From Antedon mediterranea (Eukaryota > Animalia > Echinodermata), in NCBI RefSeq assembly GCF_964355755.1, contig NC_092676.1, forward strand, positions 12,198,671 through 12,262,670: a DNA stretch of 64,000 nucleotides, in the 5' to 3' direction. Of this stretch, positions 22,451-36,330 are shown piece after piece. Below the pieces are notes generated by a model, which was not told the origin of the DNA, ran no database searches, and saw only the letters and a list, made by a program, of their open reading frames with translations. Position numbers and translations under genes: made by a program. Numbering within the stretch: position 1 is the stretch's first letter; each line of letters begins with the position of its first letter.

Positions 22451-25400
22451 TTTCGATGGAACTTGTTTACACAAAAACATCAAAGTGCTTAAAATCACAT
22501 TTAAAACCGTTTTAGAGCATTTTGAGCATTTCGATAAAACTTTTCACACAAAAACATCAAAGTGTACAAAATAGCTTCAAATCGCATTTAGAGAGGTTTT
22601 AGACCATTTTGTGCATTTCGATAAAACTTTTCACACAAAAACATCAAAGTGTACAAAATAGCTTCAAATCGCATTTAGAGACGTTTTAGACCATTTTGTG
22701 CATTTTGATAAAACTTTTCACACAAAAACATCAAATTGCACAAAATAGCTTAATACCGTGTTTGAAATCGTTTTAAACCATTTTGAGCATGTCGATAAAA
22801 CTTTTCACAAAAAAACATCAAAGTGCACAGAATAGCTTCAAATCGCATTTGGAGACGTTTTAAACCATTTTGTGCATTTCGATAAAACTTTTCACATAAA
22901 AACATCAAAGTGTACAAAATAGCTTCAAATCGCATTTAGAGACGTTTTAGACCATTTTGGGCATTTCGATGAAACTTGGTTACACAAATACATAAAAGTG
23001 CTTAAAATCACATTGCAAACCGTTTTAGAGCATTTTGAGCATTTCTATAAAACTTTTCACACAAAAACATCAAAGTGCACAAAATAGCTTCAAATCGCAT
23101 TTAGAGATGTTTTAGACCATTTTGTGCAATTCGATAAAACTTTTCATACAAAAACATCAAATTGCACAAAATAGCTTAATATCGTGTTTGAAAACGTTTT
23201 AGACCATTTTGAGCATGTCGATAAAACTTTTCACACAAAAACATAAAAGTGAACAGAATAGCTTCAAATTGCATTTGGAGACGTTTTAGAGCATTGTGTG
23301 CATTTCGATAAAATGTGTTAACATAAAAAGACCAAAGTGTTTAGAATATCTTCAAATCACATTTGGAGACGTTTTAGACCATTTTTTGCATTTCGATGAA
23401 ACTTGGTTACACAAAAACATCAAAGTGCTTAAAATCACATTTAAAACCGTTTTAGAGCATTTTGAGCATTTCGATAAAACTTTTCACACAAAAACATCAA
23501 AGTGTACAAAATAGCTTCAAATCACATTTGAAACCGTTTTAGACCATTTTGAGCATTTCGATAAAACTTTTCACACAAAAACATCAAAGTGTACAAAATA
23601 GCTTCAAATCGCATTTGGAGACGTTTTAGACCATTTTGTGCATTTCGATGAAACTTGGTTACACAAAAACATCAAAGTGCTTAAAATCACATTTGAAACC
23701 GTTTTAGAGCATTTTTAGCATTTCGATAAATACTTTTCACACAAAAACATCAAGGTGTACAAAATAGCTTCAAATCGCATTTGGAGACGTTTTAGACCAT
23801 TTTGTGCATTTCGATGAAACTTGGTTACAAAAAAACATCAAAGTGCTTAAAATCACATTTGAAACCGTTTTAGACCATTTTGAGCATTTCGATAAAACTT
23901 TTCACACAAAAACATCAAATTGCACAAAATAGCTTAATACCGTGTTTGAAATCGTTTTAGACCATTTTGTGCATTTCGATGAAACTTGGTTACACAAAAA
24001 CATCAAAGTGCTTAAAATCACATTTAAAACCGTTTTAGAGCGTTTTGAGCGATTCGATAAACTTTTCACACAAAAACATCAAAGTGCACAAAATAGCTTC
24101 AAATCGCATTTAGAGATGTTTTAGACCATTTTGTGCATTTCGATAAAACTTTTCATACAAAAACATCAAATTGCACAAAATAGCTTAATACCGTGTTTGA
24201 AATCGTTTTAAACCATTTTGAGCATGTCGATAAAACTTTTCACACAAAAACATCAAAGTGCACAGAATATCTTCAAATCGAATTTAGAGACGTTTTAGAC
24301 CATTTTGTGCATTTCGAAAAAATTTGTTAACATAAAAAGACCAAAGTGTTTAGAATATCTCCAAATCGCATTTGGAGACGTTTTAGACCATTTTGTACAT
24401 TTCGATGAAACTTGGTTACACAAAAACATCAAAGTGCTTAAAATCACATTTGAAACCGTTTTAGAGCATTTTGAGCATTTCGATAAAACTTTTCACACAA
24501 AAACATCAAAGTGTACAAAATAGCTTCAAATCGCATTTGGAGACGTTTTAGACCATTTTGTGCATTTCGATGAAACTTGGTTACACAAAAACATCAAAGT
24601 GCTTAAAATCACATTTGAAACCGTTTTAGAGCATTTTTAGCATTTCGATAATACTTTTCACACAAAAACATCAAAGTGTACAAAATAACTTCAAATCGCA
24701 TTTGGAGACGTTTTAGACCATTTTGTGCATTTCGATAAAACTTTTCACACAAAAACATCAAATTGCACAAAATAGCTTCAAATCGCATTTGGAGACGTTT
24801 TAAACCATTTTGTGCATTTCGATAAAACTTTTCACATAAAAACATCAAAGTGTACAAAATAGCTTCAAATCGCATTTAGAGACGTTTTAGACCATTTTGG
24901 GCATTTCGATGAAACTTAGTTACACAAATTCATAAAAGTCCTTAAAATCACATTTCAAACCGTTTTAGAGCATTTTGAGCATTTCGATAAAACTTTTCAC
25001 ACAAAAACATCAAAGTGCACAAAATAGCTTCAAATCGCATTTAGAGATGTTTTAGACCATTTTGTGCAATTCGATAAAACTTTTCACACAAAAACATCAA
25101 ATTGCACAAAATAGCTTAATATCGTGTTTGAAAACGTTTTAGACCATTTTGAGCATGTCGATAAAACTTTTCACACAAAAACATAAAAGTGAACAGAATA
25201 GCTTCAAATTGGATTTGGAGACGTTTTAGAGCATTTTGTGCATTTCGATAAAATGTGTTAACATAAAAAGACCAAAGTGTTTAGAATATCTTCAAATCAC
25301 ATTTGGAGACATTTTAGACCATTTTTTGCATTTCGATGAAACTTGGTTACACAAAAACATCAAAGTGCTTAAAATCACATTTAAAACCGTTTTAGAGCAT

Positions 25401-26869
25401 TTTGAGCATTTCGTTAAAACTTTTCACACAAAAACATTAAAGTGTACAAAATAGCTTCAAATCGCATTTAGAGAGGTTTTAGACCATTTTGTGCATTTCG
25501 ATAAAACTTTTCACACAAAAACATCAAAGTGAACAAAATAACTTCAAATCGCATTTAGAGACGTTTTAGACCATTTTGTGCATTTTGATAAAACTTTTCA
25601 CACAAAAACATCAAAGTGTACAAAATAGCTTCAAATCGCATTTAGAGACGTTTTAGACCATTTTGTGCATTTCGATAAAACTTTTCACACAAAAACATCA
25701 AATTGCACAAAATAGCTTAATATCGTGTTTGAAAACGTTTTAAACCATTTTGAGCATGTCGATAAAACTTTTCACACAAAAATATCAAAGTGCACAGAAT
25801 ATCTTCAAATCGCATTTAGAGACGTTTTAGACCATTTTGTGCATTTCGAAAAAATTTGTTAACATAAAAAGACCAAATTGTTTAGAATATCTCCAAATCG
25901 CATTTGGAGACGTTTTAGACCATTTTGTGCATTTCGATGAAACTTGGTTACACAAAAACATCAAAGTGCTTAAAATCACATTTAAAACCGTTTTAGAGCG
26001 TTTTGAGCGATTCGATAAACTTTTCACACAAAAACATCAAAGTGCACAAAATAGCTTCAAATCGCATTTAGAGATGTTTTAGACCATTTTGTGCATTTCG
26101 ATAAAACTTTTCACACAAAAACATCAAATTGCACAAAATAGCTTAATACCGTGTTTGAAATCGTTTTAAACCATTTTGAGCATGTCGATAAAACTTTTCA
26201 CACAAAAACATCAAAAAGTGCACAGAATATCTTCAAATCGAATTTAGAGACGTTTTAGACCATTTTGTGCATTTCGAAAAAATTTGTTAACATAAAAAGA
26301 CCAAAGTGTTTAGAATATCTCCAAATCGCATTTGGAGACGTTTTAGACCATTTTGTGCATTTCGATGAAACTTGGTTACACAAAAACATCAAAGTGCTTA
26401 AAATCACATTTGAAACCGTTTTAGAGCATTTTGAGCATTTCGATAAAACTTTTCACACAAAAACATCAAAGTGTACAAAATAGCTTCAAATCGCATTTGG
26501 AGACGTTTTAGACCATTTTGTGCATTTCGATGAAACTTGGTTACACAAAAACATCAAAGTGCTTAAAATCACATTTGAAACCGTTTTAGAGCATTTTTAG
26601 CATTTCGATAATACTTTTCACACAAAAACATCAAAGTGTACAAAATAGCTTCAAATCGCATTTGGAGACGTTTTAGACCATTTTGTGCATTTCGATAAAA
26701 CTTTTCACACAAAAACATCAAAGTGTACAAAATAGCTTCAAATCGCATTTAGAGACGTTTTAGACCATTTTGTGCATTTCGATAAAACTTTTCACACAAA
26801 AACATCAAATTGCACAAAATAGCTTCAAGTCGCATTTGGAGACGTTTTAAACCATTTTGTGCATTTCGA

Positions 26870-29630
26870 TAAAACTTTTCACATAAAAACATCAAAGTGT
26901 ACAAAATAGCTTCAAATGGCATTTAGAGACGTTTTAGACCATTTTGGGCATTTCGATGAAACTTAGTTACACAAATACATAAAAGTCCTTAAAATCACAT
27001 TTCAAACCGTTTTAGAGCATTTTGAGCATTTCGATAAAACTTTTCACACAAAAACATCAAAGTGCACAAAATAGCTTCAAATCGCATTTAGAGATGTTTT
27101 AGACCATTTTGTGCAATTCGATAAAACTTTTCACACAAAAACATCAAATTGCACAAAATAGCTTAATATCGTGTTTGAAAACGTTTTAGACCATTTTGAG
27201 CATGTCGATAAAACTTTTCACACAAAAACATAAAAGTGAACAGAATAGCTTCAAATTGGATTTGGAGACGTTTTAGAGCATTTTGTGCATTTCGATAAAA
27301 TGTGTTAACATAAAAAGACCAAAGTGTTTAGAATATCTTCAAATCACATTTGGAGACGTTTTAGACCATTTTTTGCATTTCGATGAAACTTGGTTACACA
27401 AAAACATCAAAGTGCTTAAAACCGTTGCTTAAAATCACATTTAAAACCGTTTTAGAGCATTTTGAGCATTTCGTTAAAACTTTTCACACAAAAACATCAA
27501 AGTGTACAAAATAGCTTCAAATCGCATTTAGAGAGGTTTTAGACCATTTTGTGCATTTCGATAAAACTTTTCACACAAAAACATCAAAGTGTACAAAATA
27601 GCTTCAAATGGCATTTAGAGACGTTTTAGACCATTTTGGGCATTTCGATGAAACTTAGTTACACAAATACATAAAAGTCCTTAAAATCACATTTCAAACC
27701 GTTTTAGAGCATTTTGAGCATTTCGATAAAACTTTTCACACAAAAACATCAAAGTGCACAAAATAGCTTCAAATCGCATTTAGAGATGTTTTAGACCATT
27801 TTGTGCAATTCGATAAAACTTTTCACACAAAAACATCAAATTGCACAAAATAGCTTAATATCGTGTTTGAAAACGTTTTAGACCATTTTGAGCATGTCGA
27901 TAAAACTTTTCACACAAAAACATAAAAGTGAACAGAATAGCTTCAAATTGGATTTGGAGACGTTTTAGAGCATTTTGTGCATTTCGATAAAATGTGTTAA
28001 CATAAAAAGACCAAAGTGTTTAGAATATCTTCAAATCACATTTGGAGACGTTTTAGACCATTTTTTGCATTTCGATGAAACTTGGTTACACAAAAACATC
28101 AAAGTGCTTAAAACCGTTGCTTAAAATCACATTTAAAACCGTTTTAGAGCATTTTGAGCATTTCGTTAAAACTTTTCACACAAAAACATCAAAGTGTACA
28201 AAATAGCTTCAAATCGCATTTAGAGAGGTTTTAGACCATTTTGTGCATTTCGATAAAACTTTTCACACAAAAACATCAAAGTGTACAAAATAGCTTCAAA
28301 TGGCATTTAGAGACGTTTTAGACCATTTTGGGCATTTCGATGAAACTTAGTTACACAAATGCATAAAAGTCCTTAAAATCACATTTCAAACCGTTTTAGA
28401 GCATTTTGAGCATTTCGATAAAACTTTTCACACAAAAACATCAAAGTGCACAAAATAGCTTCAAATCGCATTTAGAGATGTTTTAGACCATTTTGTGCAA
28501 TTCGATAAAACTTTTCACACAAAAACATCAAATTGCACAAAATAGCTTAATATCGTGTTTGAAAACGTTTTAGACCATTTTGAGCATGTCGATAAAACTT
28601 TTCACACAAAAACATAAAAGTGAACAGAATAGCTTCAAATTGGATTTGGAGACGTTTTAGAGCATTTTGTGCATTTCGATAAAATGTGTTAACATAAAAA
28701 GACCAAAGTGTTTAGAATATCTTCAAATCACATTTGGAGACGTTTTAGACCATTTTTTGCATTTCGATGAAACTTGGTTACACAAAAACATCAAAGTGCT
28801 TAAAACCGTTGCTTAAAATCACATTTAAAACCGTTTTAGAGCATTTTGAGCATTTCGTTAAAACTTTTCACACAAAAACATCAAAGTGTACAAAATAGCT
28901 TCAAATCGCATTTAGAGAGGTTTTAGACCATTTTGTGCATTTCGATAAAACTTTTCACACAAAAACATCAAAGTGTACAAAATAGCTTCAAATGGCATTT
29001 AGAGACGTTTTAGACCATTTTGGGCATTTCGATGAAACTTAGTTACACAAATACATAAAAGTCCTTAAAATCACATTTCAAACCGTTTTAGAGCATTTTG
29101 AGCATTTCGATAAAACTTTTCACACAAAAACATCAAAGTGCACAAAATAGCTTCAAATCGCATTTAGAGATGTTTTAGACCATTTTGTGCAATTCGATAA
29201 AACTTTTCACACAAAAACATCAAATTGCACAAAATAGCTTAATATCGTGTTTGAAAACGTTTTAGACCATTTTGAGCATGTCGATAAAACTTTTCACACA
29301 AAAACATAAAAGTGAACAGAATAGCTTCAAATTGGATTTGGAGACGTTTTAGAGCATTTTGTGCATTTCGATAAAATGTGTTAACATAAAAAGACCAAAG
29401 TGTTTAGAATATCTTCAAATCACATTTGGAGACGTTTTAGACCATTTTTTGCATTTCGATGAAACTTGGTTACACAAAAACATCAAAGTGCTTAAAACCG
29501 TTGCTTAAAATCACATTTAAAACCGTTTTAGAGCATTTTGAGCATTTCGTTAAAACTTTTCACACAAAAACATCAAAGTGTACAAAATAGCTTCAAATCG
29601 CATTTAGAGAGGTTTTAGACCATTTTGTGC
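26870..29630. repeat. 692-bp 8-monomer higher-order repeat, 4 tandem copies
   Basis: Marker insertion gcttaaaaccgttgcttaaaatcac at 27421, 28113, 28805 and 29497 (spacing 692 = 91+78+88+5x87). Confidence 0.92.
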
Positions 29631-32600
29631 ATTTCGATAAAACTTTTCACACAAAAACATCAGAGTGTACAAAATTGCTTCAAATGGCATTTAGAGAGGT
29701 TTTAGACCATTTTGTGCATTTCGATAAAACTTTTCACACAAAAACATCAAAGTGCACAGAATATCTTAATACCGTGTCTGAAATCGTTTTAAACCATTTT
29801 GAGCATGTCGATAAAACTTTTCACACAAAAACATCAAAGTGCACAGAATATCTTCAAATCGCATTTAGAGACGTTTTAGACCATTTTGTGCATTTCGAAA
29901 AAATTTGTTAACATAAAAAGACCAAAGTGTTTAGAATATCTCCAAATCGCATTTGGAGACGTTTTAGACCATTTTGTGCATTTCGATGAAACTTGGTTAC
30001 ACAAAAACATCAAAGTGCTTAAAATCACATTTAAAACCGTTTTAGAGCGTTTTGAGCGATTCGATAAACTTTTCACACAAAAACATCAAAGTGCACAAAA
30101 TAGCTTCAAATCGCATTTAGAGATGTTTTAGACCATTTTGTGCATTTCGATAAAACTTTTCACACAAAAACATCAAATTGCACAAAATAGCTTAATACCG
30201 TGTTTGAAATCATTTTAAACCATTTTGAGCATGTCGATAAAACTTTTCACACAAAAATATCAAAGTGCACAGAATATCTTCAAATCGCATTTAGAGACGT
30301 TTTAGACCATTTTGTGCATTTCGAAAAAATTTGTTAACATAAAAAGACCAAAGTGTTTAGAATATCTCCAAATCGCATTTGGAGACGTTTTAGACCATTT
30401 TGTACATTTCGATGAAACTTGGTTACACAAAAACATCAAAGTGCTTAAAATCACATTTGAAACCGTTTTAGAGCATTTTGAGCATTTCGATAAAACTTTT
30501 CACACAAAAACATCAAAGTGTACAAAATAGCTTCAAATCGCATTTGGAGACGTTTTAGACCATTTTGTGCATTTCGATGAAACTTGGTTACACAAAAACA
30601 TCAAAGTGCTTAAAATCACATTTGAAACCGTTTTAGAGCATTTTTAGCATTTCGATAATACTTTTCACACAAAAACATCAAAGTGTACAAAATAACTTCA
30701 AATCGCATTTGGAGACGTTTTAGACCATTTTGTGCATTTCGATAAAACTTTTCACACAAAAACATCAAAGTGTACAAAATAGCTTCAAATCGCATTTAGA
30801 GACGTTTTAGACCATATTGTGCATTTCGATAAAACTTTTCACACAAAAACATCAAATTGCACAAAATAGCTTCAAATCGCATTTGGAGACGTTTTAAACC
30901 ATTTTGTGCATTTCGATAAAACTTTTCACATAAAAACATCAAAGTGTACAAAATAGCTTCAAATCGCATTTAGAGACGTTTTAGACCATTTTGGGCATTT
31001 CGATGAAACTTAGTTACACAAATACATAAAAGTCCTTAAAATCACATTTCAAACCGTTTTAGAGCATTTTGAGCATTTCGATAAAACTTTTCACACAAAA
31101 ACATCAAAGTGCACAAAATAGCTTCAAATCGCATTTAGAGATGTTTTAGACCATTTTGTGCAATTCGATAAAACTTTTCACACAAAAACATCAAATTGCA
31201 CAAAATAGCTTAATATCGTGTTTGAAAACGTTTTAGACCATTTTGAGCATGTCGATAAAACTTTTCACACAAAAACATAAAAGTGAACAGAATAGCTTCA
31301 AATTGGATTTGGAGACGTTTTAGAGCATTTTGTGCATTTCGATAAAATGTGTTAACATAAAAAGACCAAAGTGTTTAGAATATCTTCAAATCACATTTGG
31401 AGACATTTTAGACCATTTTTTGCATTTCGATGAAACTTGGTTACACAAAAACATCAAAGTGCTTAAAATCACATTTAAAACCGTTTTAGAGCATTTTGAG
31501 CATTTCGTTAAAACTTTTCACACAAAAACATTAAAGTGTACAAAATAGCTTCAAATCGCATTTAGAGAGGTTTTAGACCATTTTGTGCATTTCGATAAAA
31601 CTTTTCACACAAAAACATCAAAGTGAACAAAATAACTTCAAATCGCATTTAGAGACGTTTTAGACCATTTTGTGCATTTTGATAAAACTTTTCACACAAA
31701 AACATCAAAGTGTACAAAATAGCTTCAAATCGCATTTAGAGACGTTTTAGACCATTTTGTGCATTTCGATAAAACTTTTCACACAAAAACATCAAATTGC
31801 ACAAAATAGCTTAATATCGTGTTTGAAAACGTTTTAAACCATTTTGAGCATGTCGATAAAACTTTTCACACAAAAATATCAAAGTGCACAGAATATCTTC
31901 AAATCGCATTTAGAGACGTTTTAGACCATTTTGTGCATTTCGAAAAAATTTGTTAACATAAAAAAACCAAATTGTTTAGAATATCTCCAAATCGCATTTG
32001 GAGACGTTTTAGACCATTTTGTGCATTTCGATGAAACTTGGTTACACAAAAACATCAAAGTGCTTAAAATCACATTTAAAACCGTTTTAGAGCGTTTTGA
32101 GCGATTCGATAAACTTTTCACACAAAAACATCAAAGTGCACAAAATAGCTTCAAATCGCATTTAGAGATGTTTTAGACCATTTTGTGCATTTCGATAAAA
32201 CTTTTCACACAAAAACATCAAATTGCACAAAATAGCTTAATACCGTGTTTGAAATCGTTTTAAACCATTTTGAGCATGTCGATAAAACTTTTCACACAAA
32301 AACATCAAAAAGTGCACAGAATATCTTCAAATCGAATTTAGAGACGTTTTAGACCATTTTGTGCATTTCGAAAAAATTTGTTAACATAAAAAGACCAAAG
32401 TGTTTAGAATATCTCCAAATCGCATTTGGAGACGTTTTAGACCATTTTGTGCATTTCGATGAAACTTGGTTACACAAAAACATCAAAGTGCTTAAAATCA
32501 CATTTGAAACCGTTTTAGAGCATTTTGAGCATTTCGATAAAACTTTTCACACAAAAACATCAAAGTGTACAAAATAGCTTCAAATCGCATTTGGAGACGT

Positions 32601-32959
32601 TTTAGACCATTTTGTGCATTTCGATGAAACTTGGTTACACAAAAACATCAAAGTGCTTAAAATCACATTTGAAACCGTTTTAGAGCATTTTTAGCATTTC
32701 GATAATACTTTTCACACAAAAACATCAAAGTGTACAAAATAGCTTCAAATCGCATTTGGAGACGTTTTAGACCATTTTGTGCATTTCGATAAAACTTTTC
32801 ACACAAAAACATCAAAGTGTACAAAATAGCTTCAAATCGCATTTAGAGACGTTTTAGACCATTTTGTGCATTTCGATAAAACTTTTCACACAAAAACATC
32901 AAATTGCACAAAATAGCTTCAAGTCGCAATTGGAGACGTTTTAAACCATTTTGTGCATT

Positions 32960-35030
32960 TCGATAAAACTTTTCACATAAAAACATCAAAGTGTACAAAA
33001 TAGCTTCAAATGGCATTTAGAGACGTTTTAGACCATTTTGGGCATTTCGATGAAACTTAGTTACACAAATACATAAAAGTCCTTAAAATCACATTTCAAA
33101 CCGTTTTAGAGCATTTTGAGCATTTCGATAAAACTTTTCACACAAAAACATCAAAGTGCACAAAATAGCTTCAAATCGCATTTAGAGATGTTTTAGACCA
33201 TTTTGTGCAATTCGATAAAACTTTTCACACAAAAACATCAAATTGCACAAAATAGCTTAATATCGTGTTTGAAAACGTTTTAGACCATTTTGAGCATGTC
33301 GATAAAACTTTTCACACAAAAACATAAAAGTGAACAGAATAGCTTCAAATTGGATTTGGAGACGTTTTAGAGCATTTTGTGCATTTCGATAAAATGTGTT
33401 AACATAAAAAGACCAAAGTGTTTAGAATATCTTCAAATCACATTTGGAGACGTTTTAGACCATTTTTTGCATTTCGATGAAACTTGGTTACACAAAAACA
33501 TCAAAGTGCTTAAAACCGTTGCTTAAAATCACATTTAAAACCGTTTTAGAGCATTTTGAGCATTTCGTTAAAACTTTTCACACAAAAACATCAAAGTGTA
33601 CAAAATAGCTTCAAATCGCATTTAGAGAGGTTTTAGACCATTTTGTGCATTTCGATAAAACTTTTCACACAAAAACATCAAAGTGTACAAAATAGCTTCA
33701 AATGGCATTTAGAGACGTTTTAGACCATTTTGGGCATTTCGATGAAACTTAGTTACACAAATACATAAAAGTCCTTAAAATCACATTTCAAACCGTTTTA
33801 GAGCATTTTGAGCATTTCGATAAAACTTTTCACACAAAAACATCAAAGTGCACAAAATAGCTTCAAATCGCATTTAGAGATGTTTTAGACCATTTTGTGC
33901 AATTCGATAAAACTTTTCACACAAAAACATCAAATTGCACAAAATAGCTTAATATCGTGTTTGAAAACGTTTTAGACCATTTTGAGCATGTCGATAAAAC
34001 TTTTCACACAAAAACATAAAAGTGAACAGAATAGCTTCAAATTGGATTTGGAGACGTTTTAGAGCATTTTGTGCATTTCGATAAAATGTGTTAACATAAA
34101 AAGACCAAAGTGTTTAGAATATCTTCAAATCACATTTGGAGACGTTTTAGACCATTTTTTGCATTTCGATGAAACTTGGTTACACAAAAACATCAAAGTG
34201 CTTAAAACCGTTGCTTAAAATCACATTTAAAACCGTTTTAGAGCATTTTGAGCATTTCGTTAAAACTTTTCACACAAAAACATCAAAGTGTACAAAATAG
34301 CTTCAAATCGCATTTAGAGAGGTTTTAGACCATTTTGTGCATTTCGATAAAACTTTTCACACAAAAACATCAAAGTGTACAAAATAGCTTCAAATGGCAT
34401 TTAGAGACGTTTTAGACCATTTTGGGCATTTCGATGAAACTTAGTTACACAAATACATAAAAGTCCTTAAAATCACATTTCAAACCGTTTTAGAGCATTT
34501 TGAGCATTTCGATAAAACTTTTCACACAAAAACATCAAAGTGCACAAAATAGCTTCAAATCGCATTTAGAGATGTTTTAGACCATTTTGTGCAATTCGAT
34601 AAAACTTTTCACACAAAAACATCAAATTGCACAAAATAGCTTAATATCGTGTTTGAAAACGTTTTAGACCATTTTGAGCATGTCGATAAAACTTTTCACA
34701 CAAAAACATAAAAGTGAACAGAATAGCTTCAAATTGGATTTGGAGACGTTTTAGAGCATTTTGTGCATTTCGATAAAATGTGTTAACATAAAAAGACCAA
34801 AGTGTTTAGAATATCTTCAAATCACATTTGGAGACGTTTTAGACCATTTTTTGCATTTCGATGAAACTTGGTTACACAAAAACATCAAAGTGCTTAAAAC
34901 CGTTGCTTAAAATCACATTTAAAACCGTTTTAGAGCATTTTGAGCATTTCGTTAAAACTTTTCACACAAAAACATCAAAGTGTACAAAATAGCTTCAAAT
35001 CGCATTTAGAGAGGTTTTAGACCATTTTGT
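32960..35030. repeat. 692-bp higher-order repeat, 3 tandem copies
   Basis: Same marker at 33515, 34207 and 34899. Confidence 0.92.
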
Positions 35031-35289
35031 GCATTTCGATAAAACTTTTCACACAAAAACATCAGAGTGTACAAAATTGCTTCAAATGGCATTTAGAGAG
35101 GTTTTAGACCATTTTGTGCATTTCGATAAAACTTTTCACACAAAAACATCAAAGTGCACAGAATATCTTAATACCGTGTCTGAAATCGTTTTAAACCATT
35201 TTGAGCATGTTGATAAAACTTTTCACACAAAAACATCAAAGTGCACAGAATATCTTCAAATCGCATTTAGAGACGTTTTAGACCATTTT

Positions 35290-36330
35290 GTGCATTTCGA
35301 AAAAATTTGTTAACATAAAAAGACCAAAGTGTTTAGAATATCTCCAAATCGCATTTGGAGACGTTTTAGACCATTTTGTGCATTTCGATGAAACTTGGTT
35401 ACACAAAAACATCAAAGTGCTTAAAATCACATTTAAAACCGTTTTAGAGCGTTTTGAGCGATTCGATAAACTTTTCACACAAAAACATCAAAGTGCACAA
35501 AATAGCTTCAATTCGCATTTAGAGATGTTTTAGACCATTTTGTGCATTTCGATAAAACTTTTCACACAAAAACATCAAATTGCACAAAATAGCTTAATAC
35601 CGTGTTTGAAATCATTTTAAACCATTTTGAGCATGTCGATAAAACTTTTCACACAAAAATATCAAAGTGCACAGAATATCTTCAAATCGCATTTAGAGAC
35701 GTTTTAGACCATTTTGTGCATTTCGAAAAAATTTGTTAACATAAAAAGACCAAAGTGTTTAGAATATCTCCAAATCGCATTTGGAGACGTTTTAGACCAT
35801 TTTGTGCATTTCGATGAAACTTGGTTACACAAAAACATCAAAGTGCTTAAAATCACATTTAAAACCGTTTTAGAGCGTTTTGAGCGATTCGATAAACTTT
35901 TCACACAAAAACATCAAAGTGCACAAAATAGCTTCAAATCGCATTTAGAGATGTTTTAGACCATTTTGTGCATTTCGATAAAACTTTTCACACAAAAACA
36001 TCAAATTGCACAAAATAGCTTAATACCGTGTTTGAAATCATTTTAAACCATTTTGAGCATGTCGATAAAACTTTTCACACAAAAATATCAAAGTGCACAG
36101 AATATCTTCAAATCGCATTTAGAGACGTTTTAGACCATTTTGTGCATTTCGAAAAAATTTGTTAACATAAAAAGACCAAAGTGTTTAGAATATCTCCAAA
36201 TCGCATTTGGAGACGTTTTAGACCATTTTGTGCATTTCGATGACACTTGGTTACACAAAAACATCAAAGTGCTTAAAATCACATTTAAAACCGTTTTAGA
36301 GCGTTTTGAGCATTTCGATAAACTTTTCAA
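35290..36330. repeat. 426-bp 5-monomer higher-order repeat (about 2.4 copies)
   Basis: C monomers at 35288, 35714 and 36140 (spacing 426 = 88+78+86+87+87), with shared gagcgattcg and aatcattttaaac variants. Confidence 0.85.

Larger units (their letters stand above)
23950..35700. repeat. ~6.1-kb tandem duplication of satellite blocks; boundaries approximate
   Basis: Variant monomers recur at +6094 (25236/31330, 25837/31931, 26265/32359). The offset is +6007 before (one 87-mer less) and +5402 after (one 692-bp HOR less). Confidence 0.85.
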
